A stretch of DNA of 64,000 bases from Gammaproteobacteria bacterium (GTDB lineage: Bacteria; Pseudomonadota; Gammaproteobacteria; Eutrophobiales; Eutrophobiaceae), in NCBI GenBank assembly GCA_965221695.1, contig OZ244905.1:2189384-2253383 (forward strand). Direction: 5' to 3'. The position numbers and the translations under genes are program-made. Shown here in pieces: positions 37,045 to 46,679 of the stretch. The notes below the pieces were generated by a model. That model had not been told where the DNA came from and ran no database searches. It saw only the letters and a list, made by a program, of their open reading frames with translations. Every line of letters begins with the position of its first letter. Within the stretch, counting starts at the first letter, position 1.

Positions 37045-39792
37045 ATGCCAAAAAAATTATTGACCCTGGTGGACGGGTCCTATTACCTGTTCCGCGCCTA
37101 CCATGCGATGCCGGGCCTGACGAACTCTGAGAAAGAGCCGACCGGGGCCATATACGGTGTTATCAATATGTTGCGCAAACTCCACAAGGAAGAGCAGCCG
37201 GATTACTTTGCGGTCGTCTTTGATGCCAAGGGAAAGAGTTTCCGCAACGACCTGTATCCCGAGTATAAAGCCAACCGCCCGCCGGCCCCGCTCGACCTGG
37301 TGGCGCAGATTGAACCCCTGCATGAAATTATCCGCGCGCTGGGTGTTCCCCTGTTGCTCATTGACAACGTGGAAGCGGATGACGTGATCGCCACGCTGGC
37401 GGCCCGGGCTGCGGGCGCAGGCTTGCAGACGCTGGTATCCACCGGCGACAAGGACCTCGCGCAGATCGTCAATGACGATATTCACTTGATCAATACCATG
37501 AACAATACCCGCTTTGACAGGGCCGGCGTGATCGAAAAATACGGGGTGCCGCCGGAGCGCATCGTGGATTACCTTGCGTTGATCGGCGACACATCGGACA
37601 ACGTGCCGGGGATTCCCAAGGTGGGGCCGAAGACCGCAGTCAAGTGGTTGGCGGAACATGGGAGCCTGGACGAGATCGTGGCCAGGGCGAGCAGTTTTAC
37701 CGGTAAGGTCGGAGAATACTTGCGGGAACACCTGGACCAGATTCCGTTGAGCAAGGAACTGGTGACCCTGAAAACCGACCTGGAACTGCCCGTCGAACCG
37801 CAGCAGTTGCTGATCACCGAACAGGATAAAATGGCGCTGAGGGAACACTACAAACGTTGGGGTTTTCGCAGTTGGCTGCCGGACATAAACGGCGGCGTGC
37901 GCGCCGCGCCCGGAACAACCGTGCCCGCGCAGGAACCGGAACCCACCGCCGGGTTGCAGAATGAGGAGGATGTGGAACCGGCGGAGGAACAATATGAAAC
38001 GGTACTCACCGTCGAGCGCCTCGAGCGCTGGATAGACAAGCTGGCCACCGCAGAGCTGTTTGCCTTTGATACGGAAACCACGAGCTTGGATTATATGCGG
38101 GCGGAACTGGTTGGCGTGTCCTTTTCGGTGCGGCCCGGCGAGGCAGCTTATGTGCCTGTCGCCCATGATTACGACGGCGCGCCGAAGCAGATCTCGCGCC
38201 GCAAGGTCCTGGAGAAACTGCGCCCGTTGCTGGAATCGGAGCAGCCGCGTATTGTCGGCCAGAACCTGAAATACGATCGCAACGTCCTGGCCAACTACCG
38301 CATTGAACTGAATGGAACAGCCCATGATTCCATGCTGCAGTCCTACGTGCTGGACAGCGTGGCCACCCGCCATGATATGACCAGCCTGGCAGGAAAATAC
38401 CTGGGCAGGACCGTCACCAGCTATGAAGATGTGGCCGGCAAAGGCGCCAAACAGGTTCCATTCAACCAGGTGCCGATCGAACAGGCGTCCGCCTACGCCG
38501 CAGAGGACGCCGACATTACCCTGCGTTTGCACCGTGCACTGTGGCCGAAGCTGGCCGCAGAGCCGGGCTTGCGGGAATTGTACACGCGTATCGAAATGCC
38601 GTTGGTCGGCGTTATTGCACGCATGGAACGCAATGGGGTTCTGATCGACAAGGAAATGCTGAAACGGCAAAGTGACGAACTGAAGGAACAGATGCAGGAG
38701 GTCGAACAGCACGCGCACCGGCTCGCGGGCCAGGCATTCAATATCGGCTCTCCCAAGCAGATCCAGGAGATACTCTACGAAAAAATGCAATTGCCGGTCA
38801 CGGCCAAGACCCCGACGGGGCAGCCATCCACTGCAGAATCCGTGTTGCAGGAGTTGGCCGCAGACCACGAACTGCCGGCATTGATCCTGAAACACAGGGA
38901 GTTCAGCAAGCTCAAATCCACTTACACCGACCGGTTGCCCGAACAGGTCAACCCGGCCAGCGGTCGGGTACACACTTCCTACCACCAGGCCGTTGCCGCA
39001 ACGGGCAGGTTTTCCTCATCGGACCCGAACCTGCAGAACATTCCGATCCGCACTGAGGAGGGCAGGAAAATACGCCGGGCATTCATTGCGCCTCCCGGAC
39101 ACGTGCTGCTGGCGGCGGATTATTCCCAGATAGAACTGCGCATTATGGCGCACCTCTCCGGCGACGCTGCGCTGCTGGCCGCGTTTGCCGCCGGCAGCGA
39201 CATTCACCGGGCCACTGCGGCCGAGGTGTTCGGGGTAAGCATGGCTGAGGTCAGTACCGAGCAGCGCAGGGCGGCCAAAGCCATCAACTTTGGCCTGATT
39301 TACGGGATGTCGCCATTCGGTCTCGCCCGGCAACTGGGAATAGACAGGGGTTCTGCGCGCCGCTACGTGGACAGGTATTTTGAACGGTATCCTGCGGTCA
39401 AGGAATATATGGATGCGACCCGCGTGCAAGCCAGGGAAACCGGTTACGTGGAAACGGTGTTCAAACGCCGCCTGTACCTGCCTGATATTGCGGCCGGTAA
39501 CGCCGCCAGACGCCAGTATGCGGAACGTACCGCCATCAACGCGCCGATGCAGGGAACGGCAGCCGACATCATCAAACGGGCGATGATCGAGATCGACAAA
39601 AAACTGTTGCGTTCGGAAAAAAATATCAGGATGATCATGCAGGTTCACGACGAACTGGTATTTGAGGTTGCACAAGCTGAGGCGGCTGACTATGCGCGGG
39701 AAATCAGCAGCTTGATGTCCGCCGCGGCGGTACTGAGCGTGCCCTTAATCGTTGACGTCGGTAACGGCGCCAACTGGGATCAGGCGCATTAA
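37045..39792 (+). CDS. polA: DNA polymerase I
   Basis: The 915 aa product has a 5'-3' exonuclease domain, a 3'-5' exonuclease domain and a polymerase domain (RRAAKAINFGLIYGMS, QVHDELVFE). Confidence 0.95.
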   Translation: MPKKLLTLVDGSYYLFRAYHAMPGLTNSEKEPTGAIYGVINMLRKLHKEEQPDYFAVVFDAKGKSFRNDLYPEYKANRPPAPLDLVAQIEPLHEIIRALGVPLLLIDNVEADDVIATLAARAAGAGLQTLVSTGDKDLAQIVNDDIHLINTMNNTRFDRAGVIEKYGVPPERIVDYLALIGDTSDNVPGIPKVGPKTAVKWLAEHGSLDEIVARASSFTGKVGEYLREHLDQIPLSKELVTLKTDLELPVEPQQLLITEQDKMALREHYKRWGFRSWLPDINGGVRAAPGTTVPAQEPEPTAGLQNEEDVEPAEEQYETVLTVERLERWIDKLATAELFAFDTETTSLDYMRAELVGVSFSVRPGEAAYVPVAHDYDGAPKQISRRKVLEKLRPLLESEQPRIVGQNLKYDRNVLANYRIELNGTAHDSMLQSYVLDSVATRHDMTSLAGKYLGRTVTSYEDVAGKGAKQVPFNQVPIEQASAYAAEDADITLRLHRALWPKLAAEPGLRELYTRIEMPLVGVIARMERNGVLIDKEMLKRQSDELKEQMQEVEQHAHRLAGQAFNIGSPKQIQEILYEKMQLPVTAKTPTGQPSTAESVLQELAADHELPALILKHREFSKLKSTYTDRLPEQVNPASGRVHTSYHQAVAATGRFSSSDPNLQNIPIRTEEGRKIRRAFIAPPGHVLLAADYSQIELRIMAHLSGDAALLAAFAAGSDIHRATAAEVFGVSMAEVSTEQRRAAKAINFGLIYGMSPFGLARQLGIDRGSARRYVDRYFERYPAVKEYMDATRVQARETGYVETVFKRRLYLPDIAAGNAARRQYAERTAINAPMQGTAADIIKRAMIEIDKKLLRSEKNIRMIMQVHDELVFEVAQAEAADYAREISSLMSAAAVLSVPLIVDVGNGANWDQAH

Positions 39793-39933
39793 AACATGGC
39801 GCGCAACTTTTCCGGCATTGCTGAAATACTGTGCTAACATTAACAACAAATGTGTACGTTTCTTACAGGCATTTCCTTGGTTCTTGTACACGAGAATCAG
39901 GGTATTTGAATTAGATTTATCTGCAAACGCGCA

Positions 39934-40692
39934 ATGCTGTTAATTCCTGCGATTGATATAAAAAACGGCAAGTGCGTCCGCTTACGCCAGGGAGATATGG
40001 ACGAGGAAACCATTTACAACAACGACCCTGTTGAGATGGCGAGCAAGTGGGTCGAAACCGGCGCAAAACGGCTGCACATCATCGATCTCGACGGCGCGGT
40101 GTCAGGCCGCCCCGTGAATGCTGACATCATCCACGATATAGCCGAAGCGCATCCCGATATTGAAATCCAGGCCGGTGGGGGAATTCGGGATGAAGACACG
40201 ATCCAGACCTACCTGGACGTGGGGGTGAACTACGTGATCATCGGGACCCGCGCAGTGACGACCCCCCACTTTGTTTCCGATATCTGCCTCGAATTCCCGG
40301 GGCATGTTATTGTCGGCCTCGATGCAAAAAATGGCAAACTGGCGACCAACGGTTGGTCAAAACTGTCTCATCACGACGTTATCGATATCGCCCAGCGGTT
40401 CGAACAGGACGGCGTATCCGCAATCATCTTCACAGATATCGGCCGGGACGGCATGATGAACCGGGTTAATATTGAAACCAGTGTGCAACTCGCGCGGTCT
40501 GTGACGATACCGGTTATTGCCTCAGGCGGGATCAAGGACCTGGAAGACATCAAGGCATTGTGTTCCGTGGCCGGCGAAGGCATTGCCGGCGCCATCACCG
40601 GGCGCGCGATCTACGAGGGCAGTCTCGATCTGAAAAAAGCCCTGGACCTGGTCGATAAACTTTGCAGTGTCCAGGGTGGCGATGGCGCCTGA
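39934..40692 (+). CDS. hisA: 1-(5-phosphoribosyl)-5-[(5-phosphoribosylamino)methylideneamino]imidazole-4-carboxamide isomerase
   Basis: The product reads [17 protein letters not shown]...HIIDLDGA and ends with a glycine-rich C-terminus. Confidence 0.9.
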   Translation: MLLIPAIDIKNGKCVRLRQGDMDEETIYNNDPVEMASKWVETGAKRLHIIDLDGAVSGRPVNADIIHDIAEAHPDIEIQAGGGIRDEDTIQTYLDVGVNYVIIGTRAVTTPHFVSDICLEFPGHVIVGLDAKNGKLATNGWSKLSHHDVIDIAQRFEQDGVSAIIFTDIGRDGMMNRVNIETSVQLARSVTIPVIASGGIKDLEDIKALCSVAGEGIAGAITGRAIYEGSLDLKKALDLVDKLCSVQGGDGA

Positions 40693-40759
40693 TCCGCTCC
40701 CGGGCCAGCATACCCCGACCGAAAACTCGTTAATATCTCCCCCGAATTTTTGAATAGTC

Positions 40760-41533
40760 ATGGGACTGGCAAAACGAATTATTCCCTGCTTGGATGTGGA
40801 CGCCGGACGCGTGGTCAAGGGGGTGAAATTCGTCGATATCAGGGATGCCGGCGATCCGCTGCAGGTGGCCCGTTGTTATGACGAACAAGGCGCCGATGAA
40901 CTCGCGTTCTTAGACATTACCGCCAGCAACGAGGGAAGGGATACGATGTTGCACGTGATGGAGGCGGTGGCCGGCCAGGTTTTCATTCCGCTTACCGTGG
41001 GTGGCGGCATACGCACCCTGGATGACATTCGCCGGCTGTTGAATGCAGGGGCGGACAAGATCAGCATCAATACCGCAGCGGTACATGACCCCGGGTTTGT
41101 GCGCGAGGCCACCCGGGAGTTCGGTTCACAATGTATCGTGGTGGCCATTGACGCAAAGCAGGCCAGCGCTGACGGCACAGCGTCAAAATGGGAGGTCTTT
41201 ACCCATGGCGGACGCCGGGGAACCGGAATAGACGCGGTTCTGTGGGCGGAACAAATGGCAGCGTGCGGCGCCGGGGAAATTTTACTCACCAGCATGGACA
41301 GGGACGGCACCAGGGACGGCTTTGACCTGCCCCTGACCTGCGCGGTCAGCGCCGCCGTCAGCATTCCTGTAATTGCTTCCGGCGGTGTGGGCAATCTGGA
41401 CCACCTGGTAGAAGGTGTTATCCAGGGGAAAGCCGATGCGGTACTGGCGGCCAGCATTTTCCATTTCGGCGAATATACAGTGGCCCAGGCAAAACAGAAG
41501 ATGGCGCAACACGGTATAGAGGTAAGAAATTAG
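40760..41533 (+). CDS. hisF: Imidazole glycerol phosphate synthase cyclase subunit
   Basis: The product reads [24 protein letters not shown]...[11 protein letters not shown]. Confidence 0.9.
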   Translation: MGLAKRIIPCLDVDAGRVVKGVKFVDIRDAGDPLQVARCYDEQGADELAFLDITASNEGRDTMLHVMEAVAGQVFIPLTVGGGIRTLDDIRRLLNAGADKISINTAAVHDPGFVREATREFGSQCIVVAIDAKQASADGTASKWEVFTHGGRRGTGIDAVLWAEQMAACGAGEILLTSMDRDGTRDGFDLPLTCAVSAAVSIPVIASGGVGNLDHLVEGVIQGKADAVLAASIFHFGEYTVAQAKQKMAQHGIEVRN

Positions 41534-41729
41534 TCATGTCCGGCTTGAACGATCTGATTTGGTTGGAGCAGGTTAACTGGAACGCGGACGGGCTGCTTCC
41601 GGTGGTTACGCAGGACCACGCTATAGAGGTAAGGGGTTAAACATGTCCGGCTTGAACGATCTGAATTGGTTGGAGCAGGTTAACTGGAACGCGGACGGGC
41701 TGGTTCCGGTGATTACCCAGGACCACGCT
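41515..41729 (+). repeat. Tandem 108 bp duplication spanning the hisF stop / hisI start
   Basis: The two units at 41515-41622 and 41623-41729 are about 95% identical. Each begins ATAGAGGTAAG-N9-ATGTCCGGCTTGAAC. Confidence 0.85.
41536..41640 (+). pseudogene. Truncated hisI' fragment (34 codons) created by the duplication
   Basis: The translation is [29 protein letters not shown], followed by IEVRG read from the duplicated hisF tail, and then a stop. Confidence 0.6.
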
Positions 41730-42044
41730 TCCGGCAAGGCGCTGATGCTTGCCTGGATGAACCGGGAGGCCCTGGAGCTCACCTGCACAGAGCGCTGCGC
41801 GGTTTATTGGTCCAGGTCAAAACAACGTCTCTGGCGCAAGGGCGAGCAATCGGGTCATGAGCAGCAAGTCAGGGAGGTCCGGTTGGACTGCGACCGGGAC
41901 GCGTTACTGCTGCGGGTTGACCAGCAAGGAGGAATTGCCTGCCATACCGGTCGGGAAAGTTGTTTTTACCTTCGCAAAACGGAAACAGGTTGGGAGGCAG
42001 CCGACCCGGTCCTGAAAGATCCGAAGGAGATTTACCACAAGTAA
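41643..42044 (+). CDS. hisI: Phosphoribosyl-AMP cyclohydrolase
   Basis: The product reads [27 protein letters not shown]...[24 protein letters not shown]. Confidence 0.85.
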   Translation: MSGLNDLNWLEQVNWNADGLVPVITQDHASGKALMLAWMNREALELTCTERCAVYWSRSKQRLWRKGEQSGHEQQVREVRLDCDRDALLLRVDQQGGIACHTGRESCFYLRKTETGWEAADPVLKDPKEIYHK

Positions 42045-42060
42045 TGGGGGAGAAATCGAA

Positions 42061-42384
42061 ATGAACATCATTCATGAGTTGGCGGAAGTGTTGATCGAGC
42101 GCAAGGGAGGCGACCCTGCTTCATCCTATGTCGCCGACCTGTATGCAAAAGGAAGAGCCGGCATCCTGGAAAAAATAGAAGAAGAATCCTGGGAACTGGT
42201 CGAGGCGGCAACAACCGGCGAGCCCAAGGCGGTGATACACGAAACCGCGGATTTATGGTTTCACACACTGGTGCTGCTGTCCCACCTCAATGTTCATCCC
42301 GCCGAAGTTTTCTCCGAACTAGAACGCCGCTTCGGCACCCCCGGCCACGAGGAAAAGGCTAACAGAAATGCGGACAGCCAGTGA
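42061..42384 (+). CDS. hisE: Phosphoribosyl-ATP pyrophosphatase
   Basis: The product reads [23 protein letters not shown]...ELVEAA...[13 protein letters not shown]. Confidence 0.85.
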   Translation: MNIIHELAEVLIERKGGDPASSYVADLYAKGRAGILEKIEEESWELVEAATTGEPKAVIHETADLWFHTLVLLSHLNVHPAEVFSELERRFGTPGHEEKANRNADSQ

Positions 42385-42558
42385 TCAATAGACCCACAGG
42401 ACGTGGGAAAACAGTATCCGCAGATAACGCAGATTACAGCGCGTCTCCGCAACAATACCATTCCCGCAGATGCAGATTAGGCGCCGCTCCACAACAAAAC
42501 CACTCCCGCTTACGCGGGAATGGGACAGGGGGCCGCTCCCATGAAGACCGCCACCAAA

Positions 42559-42647
42559 ACCACTCCCGCCCCCGATCAACGCCATATTGGGGCAGGCTGA
42601 GAAGCGGGAGTCCAGTCAGATACTACGTCGCCTGAATGGCGACCCAT
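42559..42647 (+). repeat. Divergent REP-like repeat copy preceded by degenerate AACAAnACCAyTCCCGC tandem motifs
   Basis: GCGGGAGTCCAGT...CGTCGCC-TGAAT-GGCGAC parallels the 44051 and 44237 copies. Three CCAyTCCCGC motifs lie upstream at 42455-42570. Confidence 0.4.
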
Positions 42648-42712
42648 TAATTTACTGGATTCCCACTCTGTGCCATAATGATCCAAAGTAATCATTCTGC
42701 AGGAGATCAACT

Positions 42713-42937
42713 ATGAGTTTTGGTATCTGGGAACTGGGGATCATCATGGTGATCGTCGCCCTGTTGTTTGGAACCAAAAAGCTGGGTAGCATGGGCGGCG
42801 ACCTGGGCAATGCGATCAAAGGGTTCCGTAATGCAATAAAGGACGATGAGCCTGCGAAGGAAAAAGATACAGCGGACGGCAAGGTCATTGAGGGCGAAGT
42901 AGAAGACGGCCAGAAAGGGAAACCGGCCAAATCCTGA
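42713..42937 (+). CDS. tatA: Sec-independent translocase TatA
   Basis: The product reads [24 protein letters not shown]. Confidence 0.9.
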   Translation: MSFGIWELGIIMVIVALLFGTKKLGSMGGDLGNAIKGFRNAIKDDEPAKEKDTADGKVIEGEVEDGQKGKPAKS

Positions 42938-42957
42938 TCGCGCAGACCTGACCCCCC

Positions 42958-43224
42958 ATGTTCGACATCGGTTTCTGGGAACTGCTGGTCATTGCCGTGG
43001 TTTCGTTGTTGGTGGCCGGCCCGGAGAGGCTGCCGGGACTGGTAAGGGACGCCGGCAGGTGGGCGGCAAAACTGCGCCGTTATGCGCTGCAGGCCAAGTA
43101 TGAATTCGAACAGCAGATGCGTGTCGATGAAGTAAAAGAATTTACGGAACAAGTGGAGCAAATGGACAAGCTGATGGATGTGGCGCCGGACAAACACGGC
43201 AAGATCAAGATCTCCGACGACTGA
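42958..43224 (+). CDS. tatB: Sec-independent translocase TatB
   Basis: The product reads MFDIGFWELLVIAVVSLLVAGPERLP. Confidence 0.85.
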   Translation: MFDIGFWELLVIAVVSLLVAGPERLPGLVRDAGRWAAKLRRYALQAKYEFEQQMRVDEVKEFTEQVEQMDKLMDVAPDKHGKIKISDD

Positions 43225-43229
43225 ATCCC

Positions 43230-44009
43230 ATGGCGGACGACTCCCAACGTCCCGATTCTGATACGGAACAGCCTCTCATCGCACACCTCGCCGAACTGCG
43301 CAACCGGCTGTTGCGCAGCCTCGCATGTGTGTTCATCGTGTTTCTGGCTCTTAGCGTCTTTGCCGACGATATTTACTCCCTGGTGGCCGGTCCGCTACTG
43401 GCGCAATTACCGGAACAGAGCAGCATGATTGCAACCGAGGTGGCGGCGCCGTTCCTGGTGCCGTTCAAACTCGTTTTCTTTGCCGCGGTGTTCGTGTCCG
43501 TGCCGTACCTGCTGTACCAGGCCTGGGCATTCATTGCGCCGGGCCTGTACCAGAATGAACGGCGCCTGGTACTGCCGCTGATTTCCAGCAGCGTGTTGTT
43601 GTTCTACCTCGGTTGCGCGTTCGCATTCTTTATCGTGTTTCCCCTGCTGTTCGCGTTCCTGACGTCCACCGCACCGGCCGGGGTGACGGTAATGACCGAT
43701 ATCAGCCATTACCTGAATTTCATCCTGAAGATGTTCTTTGCATTCGGGGTTGCGTTTGAGGTTCCCATAGCCATTATCCTGCTCGTGTGGACGGGGCTTG
43801 CCTCTGTAGAGTCACTGGCTCGCAAACGGGCTTATATCATTGTCGGCGCCTTCACCGTCGGCATGTTGCTGACCCCGCCGGACATCATATCCCAGGTGCT
43901 GCTGGCAGTGCCGGTCTGGTTATTGTTTGAACTGGGCCTGGTACTGGGCCGATTTGTCCGCCGACAATCCGAAGATGAAGAGACAAACGAGGAACCGGCA
44001 AGCCAATGA
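43230..44009 (+). CDS. tatC: Sec-independent translocase TatC
   Basis: The product has six TM helices and the LIAHLAELRNRLL N-terminal motif. Confidence 0.9.
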   Translation: MADDSQRPDSDTEQPLIAHLAELRNRLLRSLACVFIVFLALSVFADDIYSLVAGPLLAQLPEQSSMIATEVAAPFLVPFKLVFFAAVFVSVPYLLYQAWAFIAPGLYQNERRLVLPLISSSVLLFYLGCAFAFFIVFPLLFAFLTSTAPAGVTVMTDISHYLNFILKMFFAFGVAFEVPIAIILLVWTGLASVESLARKRAYIIVGAFTVGMLLTPPDIISQVLLAVPVWLLFELGLVLGRFVRRQSEDEETNEEPASQ

Positions 44010-44050
44010 ATCGCCGCCGCCCCGCCTGCGATGCCAGAGCAGATACCATA

Positions 44051-44112
44051 CCATTCCCGTGGAAACGGGAATCCAGTTGACAGACCGTCGCCGGTGGCGA
44101 GACTAACATATG
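44051..44112 (+). repeat. REP-like two-hairpin repeat copy
   Basis: The sequence is CCATTCCCGTGGAAACGGGAATCCAGTTGACAGACCGTCGCCGGTGGCGAGACTAACATATG. Confidence 0.6.
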
Positions 44113-44236
44113 CACTTTTCAGCCTGTCCGTGTATGGTGTTGAGCGGAGCAGGAGTAGCACAGAGGTTGGGTTAATTGTTGTATTCTTCCTGGGATTGCT
44201 GGGCTTCTGCCCGCACTGCTGGAGAACATCCCATAA

Positions 44237-44298
44237 CCATTCCCGTGGAAACGGGAATCCAGTTGATAAACCGTCGCCGAAGGCGACACTAACATATG
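44237..44298 (+). repeat. REP-like two-hairpin repeat copy whose terminal ATG is the sulfatase start codon
   Basis: It is about 90% identical to the 44051 copy. The second hairpin loop (GAAG vs GGTG) and closing pair differ in a compensatory way. Confidence 0.6.
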
Positions 44299-45597
44299 TC
44301 TTTCGCGATAATTTCAAGATGCCGTAAACAGGTTGTCGCAAGCTTAATCCTGTTATGCGGCATCGCATACCCGGGCGCCGTCAGTCTTGCCGATACTGCG
44401 TCGCCAACACCGCCGAATATTGTGCTGGTTCTCGCTGATGACCTCGGTTATGGCGATGTCGGTGTGTACGGCGCCCGTCTTATCGAAACACCGCATTTGG
44501 ATGGATTGGCGGCGCAGGGCATCCGGCTTACGAATTTTTATGCCAGTGGCAATGTCTGCACGCCTTCGCGCGCCGGGCTGCTTACCGGTCGCTACGCGAT
44601 CCGAAACGGCCTGGCCGATAAAACCATTACCGTCAATGACTTCCGCGGATTACCGGCCGGTACGACGACCATAGCCGGACTGCTGCAACAGCATGGCTAT
44701 CGCACCGCATTGATCGGCAAGTGGCACCTGGGTCACCACAAGCCTTCCCAACGACCGAATGCGCTGGGCTTCGACCTCTTTTATGGCCTGTTGCACCCCA
44801 ATGATGTTGAACAACCGTTATATCGGGATACACAGGCGACGGCTGAGCCGTTCGACCAGGGCGCGTTGACGCGCCGTTTCACTGAGGAAGCGCTCCGCTT
44901 TATTGAAAACGATACGCGCCAGCCATTTTTTCTGCTTTTGTCTCACACTGCGCCGCATATTCCCCTGGTTCCTTCCGCCGCCTTCGCGAATACTTCCCGC
45001 GCCGGCGCCTATGGCGATGTGGTGCAAGAACTTGACTGGAGTGTCGGCCAATTGCTGGCAGCGTTGCAGCGCAATGGTCTCGCCGACAACACAGTTGTGA
45101 TATTTACCAGCGACAACGGCCCTTTTCCCGAAGGCAGTACCGGCGGTTTGCGCGGCGGTAAAGGCACCGCCTGGGACGGCGGTTACCGCGTCCCGTTCAT
45201 TGCGCGCTGGCCGGGGCGGATCCCTGCTGCCACCAGCGCCGGCGCGATAGCGATGAATATCGACTTGCTACCGACTTTCGCGGCGTTGGCCGGCGCGCCA
45301 TCACCACGCGCACAACTTGACGGTCGGAATATCCTCCCGGTCCTGCTGGGCAACAACGACGCATCGCCGCACCAGGCGCTGTATTTCTTCAACAATGAGC
45401 ATATCGCCGCGCTGCGCACGCAAAATTGGAGAATGGTGGTCAGGGCCGGCTACCGCGACATCCAGCGCCGCCTCCCGGAACACGAGGTTTACCTGTTATT
45501 CGACATGCGCACAGACCCGGAAGAACGCTACAGCCAGGCACAGCGCCACCCCGACAAATGGCAGGAATTACAAACCTTGCTCAAACGCGGCCCGTAG
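44296..45597 (+). CDS. Sulfatase (formylglycine-dependent arylsulfatase family)
   Basis: The product has a signal peptide, LADDLGYGDVGVYG and the C-T-P-S-R active-site motif (CTPSRAGLLTGRY). Confidence 0.85.
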   Translation: MSFAIISRCRKQVVASLILLCGIAYPGAVSLADTASPTPPNIVLVLADDLGYGDVGVYGARLIETPHLDGLAAQGIRLTNFYASGNVCTPSRAGLLTGRYAIRNGLADKTITVNDFRGLPAGTTTIAGLLQQHGYRTALIGKWHLGHHKPSQRPNALGFDLFYGLLHPNDVEQPLYRDTQATAEPFDQGALTRRFTEEALRFIENDTRQPFFLLLSHTAPHIPLVPSAAFANTSRAGAYGDVVQELDWSVGQLLAALQRNGLADNTVVIFTSDNGPFPEGSTGGLRGGKGTAWDGGYRVPFIARWPGRIPAATSAGAIAMNIDLLPTFAALAGAPSPRAQLDGRNILPVLLGNNDASPHQALYFFNNEHIAALRTQNWRMVVRAGYRDIQRRLPEHEVYLLFDMRTDPEERYSQAQRHPDKWQELQTLLKRGP

Positions 45598-45745
45598 AAA
45601 CAGAGAAACAGGGTCGGGCCTGCCTAATTGTGCCCAACTCTTTGTTTCCATTGAGTTGGTTTGTTGCAGGTGTCTGTTATGCTCCCTTAAACCCCACTTT
45701 TTGCCGCCAAAACCGAGGTTTTAAGATTCTTTTCCCTGTTTAACG
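45598..45745 (+). mobile_element. Truncated copy of the MITE-like element (left TIR plus internal part)
   Basis: CAGAGAAACAGGGTCGGGCCTGCCTAA followed by ...CTCTTTGTTTCCATTGAGTTGG...AAACCGAGGTTTTAAGATTCTTTTCCCT is about 90% identical to 48036-48180. The right TIR is missing. Confidence 0.45.
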
Positions 45746-45928
45746 GTATGACTCTATACCATCCACACGCGCCAATACGACCTGTTGGGGTCGCACGACC
45801 CTAGAGACCGACCTGGCCCGGACTTCTGGGACCAGTGGGCCCGGATAGTGTTTCAGGTAATCTGAAACAGCGCGGTCACGATGCGGCGGCCTTCCGCGGA
45901 CAGGAAGTTAAATGCCCTGCAGGCTGTG

Positions 45929-46321
45929 TTATCCAGGCAATAGAAACAGCTTGAAAGCGGTGAACAGCGAACCCGTGAACGCAGCTTGAATCAGGACAAT
46001 TTTTACCATCAGACGCAATTCCAGATTCTTGAGCCGGTGGTCCATCGATATTTCCTGCTTCTCCATCTCGTGGCGTAGCGATGTTTCCATCTTCTCCATA
46101 TCGCCCCGCAGATTCTCGATGTCACCACGAAGCGATGTTTCCATTTTCTCCATATCACCACGAAGCGTATTCTCCGTCTTAGCCAGATCAGCCTTGGTCG
46201 CTACTCGCTCATTAATCGCATCTTGCACCAGTATCACCACCGATTCCGCTTGTTTGGCCTCCATGCCGGAGTCCTTCAAGCCTTGTGCCATCTTCAGTGT
46301 ATCAAAAGCTATATCAGTCAT
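45929..46321 (-). CDS. DUF1640-like coiled-coil protein with tandem 18 aa repeats
   Basis: The N-terminus reads MTDIAFDTLKMAQGLKDSGMEAKQAESV. It has LRGDMEKMETSLRGDIEN repeats and a C-terminal hydrophobic helix. A GGAGAGG SD lies 6 nt upstream. Confidence 0.6.
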   Translation of the reverse strand: MTDIAFDTLKMAQGLKDSGMEAKQAESVVILVQDAINERVATKADLAKTENTLRGDMEKMETSLRGDIENLRGDMEKMETSLRHEMEKQEISMDHRLKNLELRLMVKIVLIQAAFTGSLFTAFKLFLLPG

Positions 46322-46679
46322 TTATTCCTCTCCCATCTCGTTGTTCATTTCACTTGGCCGGAAAACCGACCCTTGCCCCGCGGGGCATAAACCTCACGGG
46401 AGGCAGCCCGGATTATTGTTCCCTCTGCATTACTGCCGCATCCGGCGACAGTTCGGGACTGCTCTCAGGAGTTACTTTATATGGAAGTCTTCGAGGTTGT
46501 CAAATACTTACATAGCAACCGAATAGATCAGCAAATTATCGCAAAGGGAACAGTACGAGGATTATCTCATTACGGGAAGTGGTGAGTAATAATTTACCCG
46601 ATTTGGTACAAAACTCAGTGATGAATAAATTTAGTCATTTTATATTGACTATATTTATTCATTATGCCAGGCTAGTGAT

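Noticed and set aside
37057-38985. 642 aa minus-strand ORF
   Set aside because: It lies antisense to polA. polA has unmistakable homology and the antisense translation has none. Long antisense ORFs are expected in 60% GC DNA.
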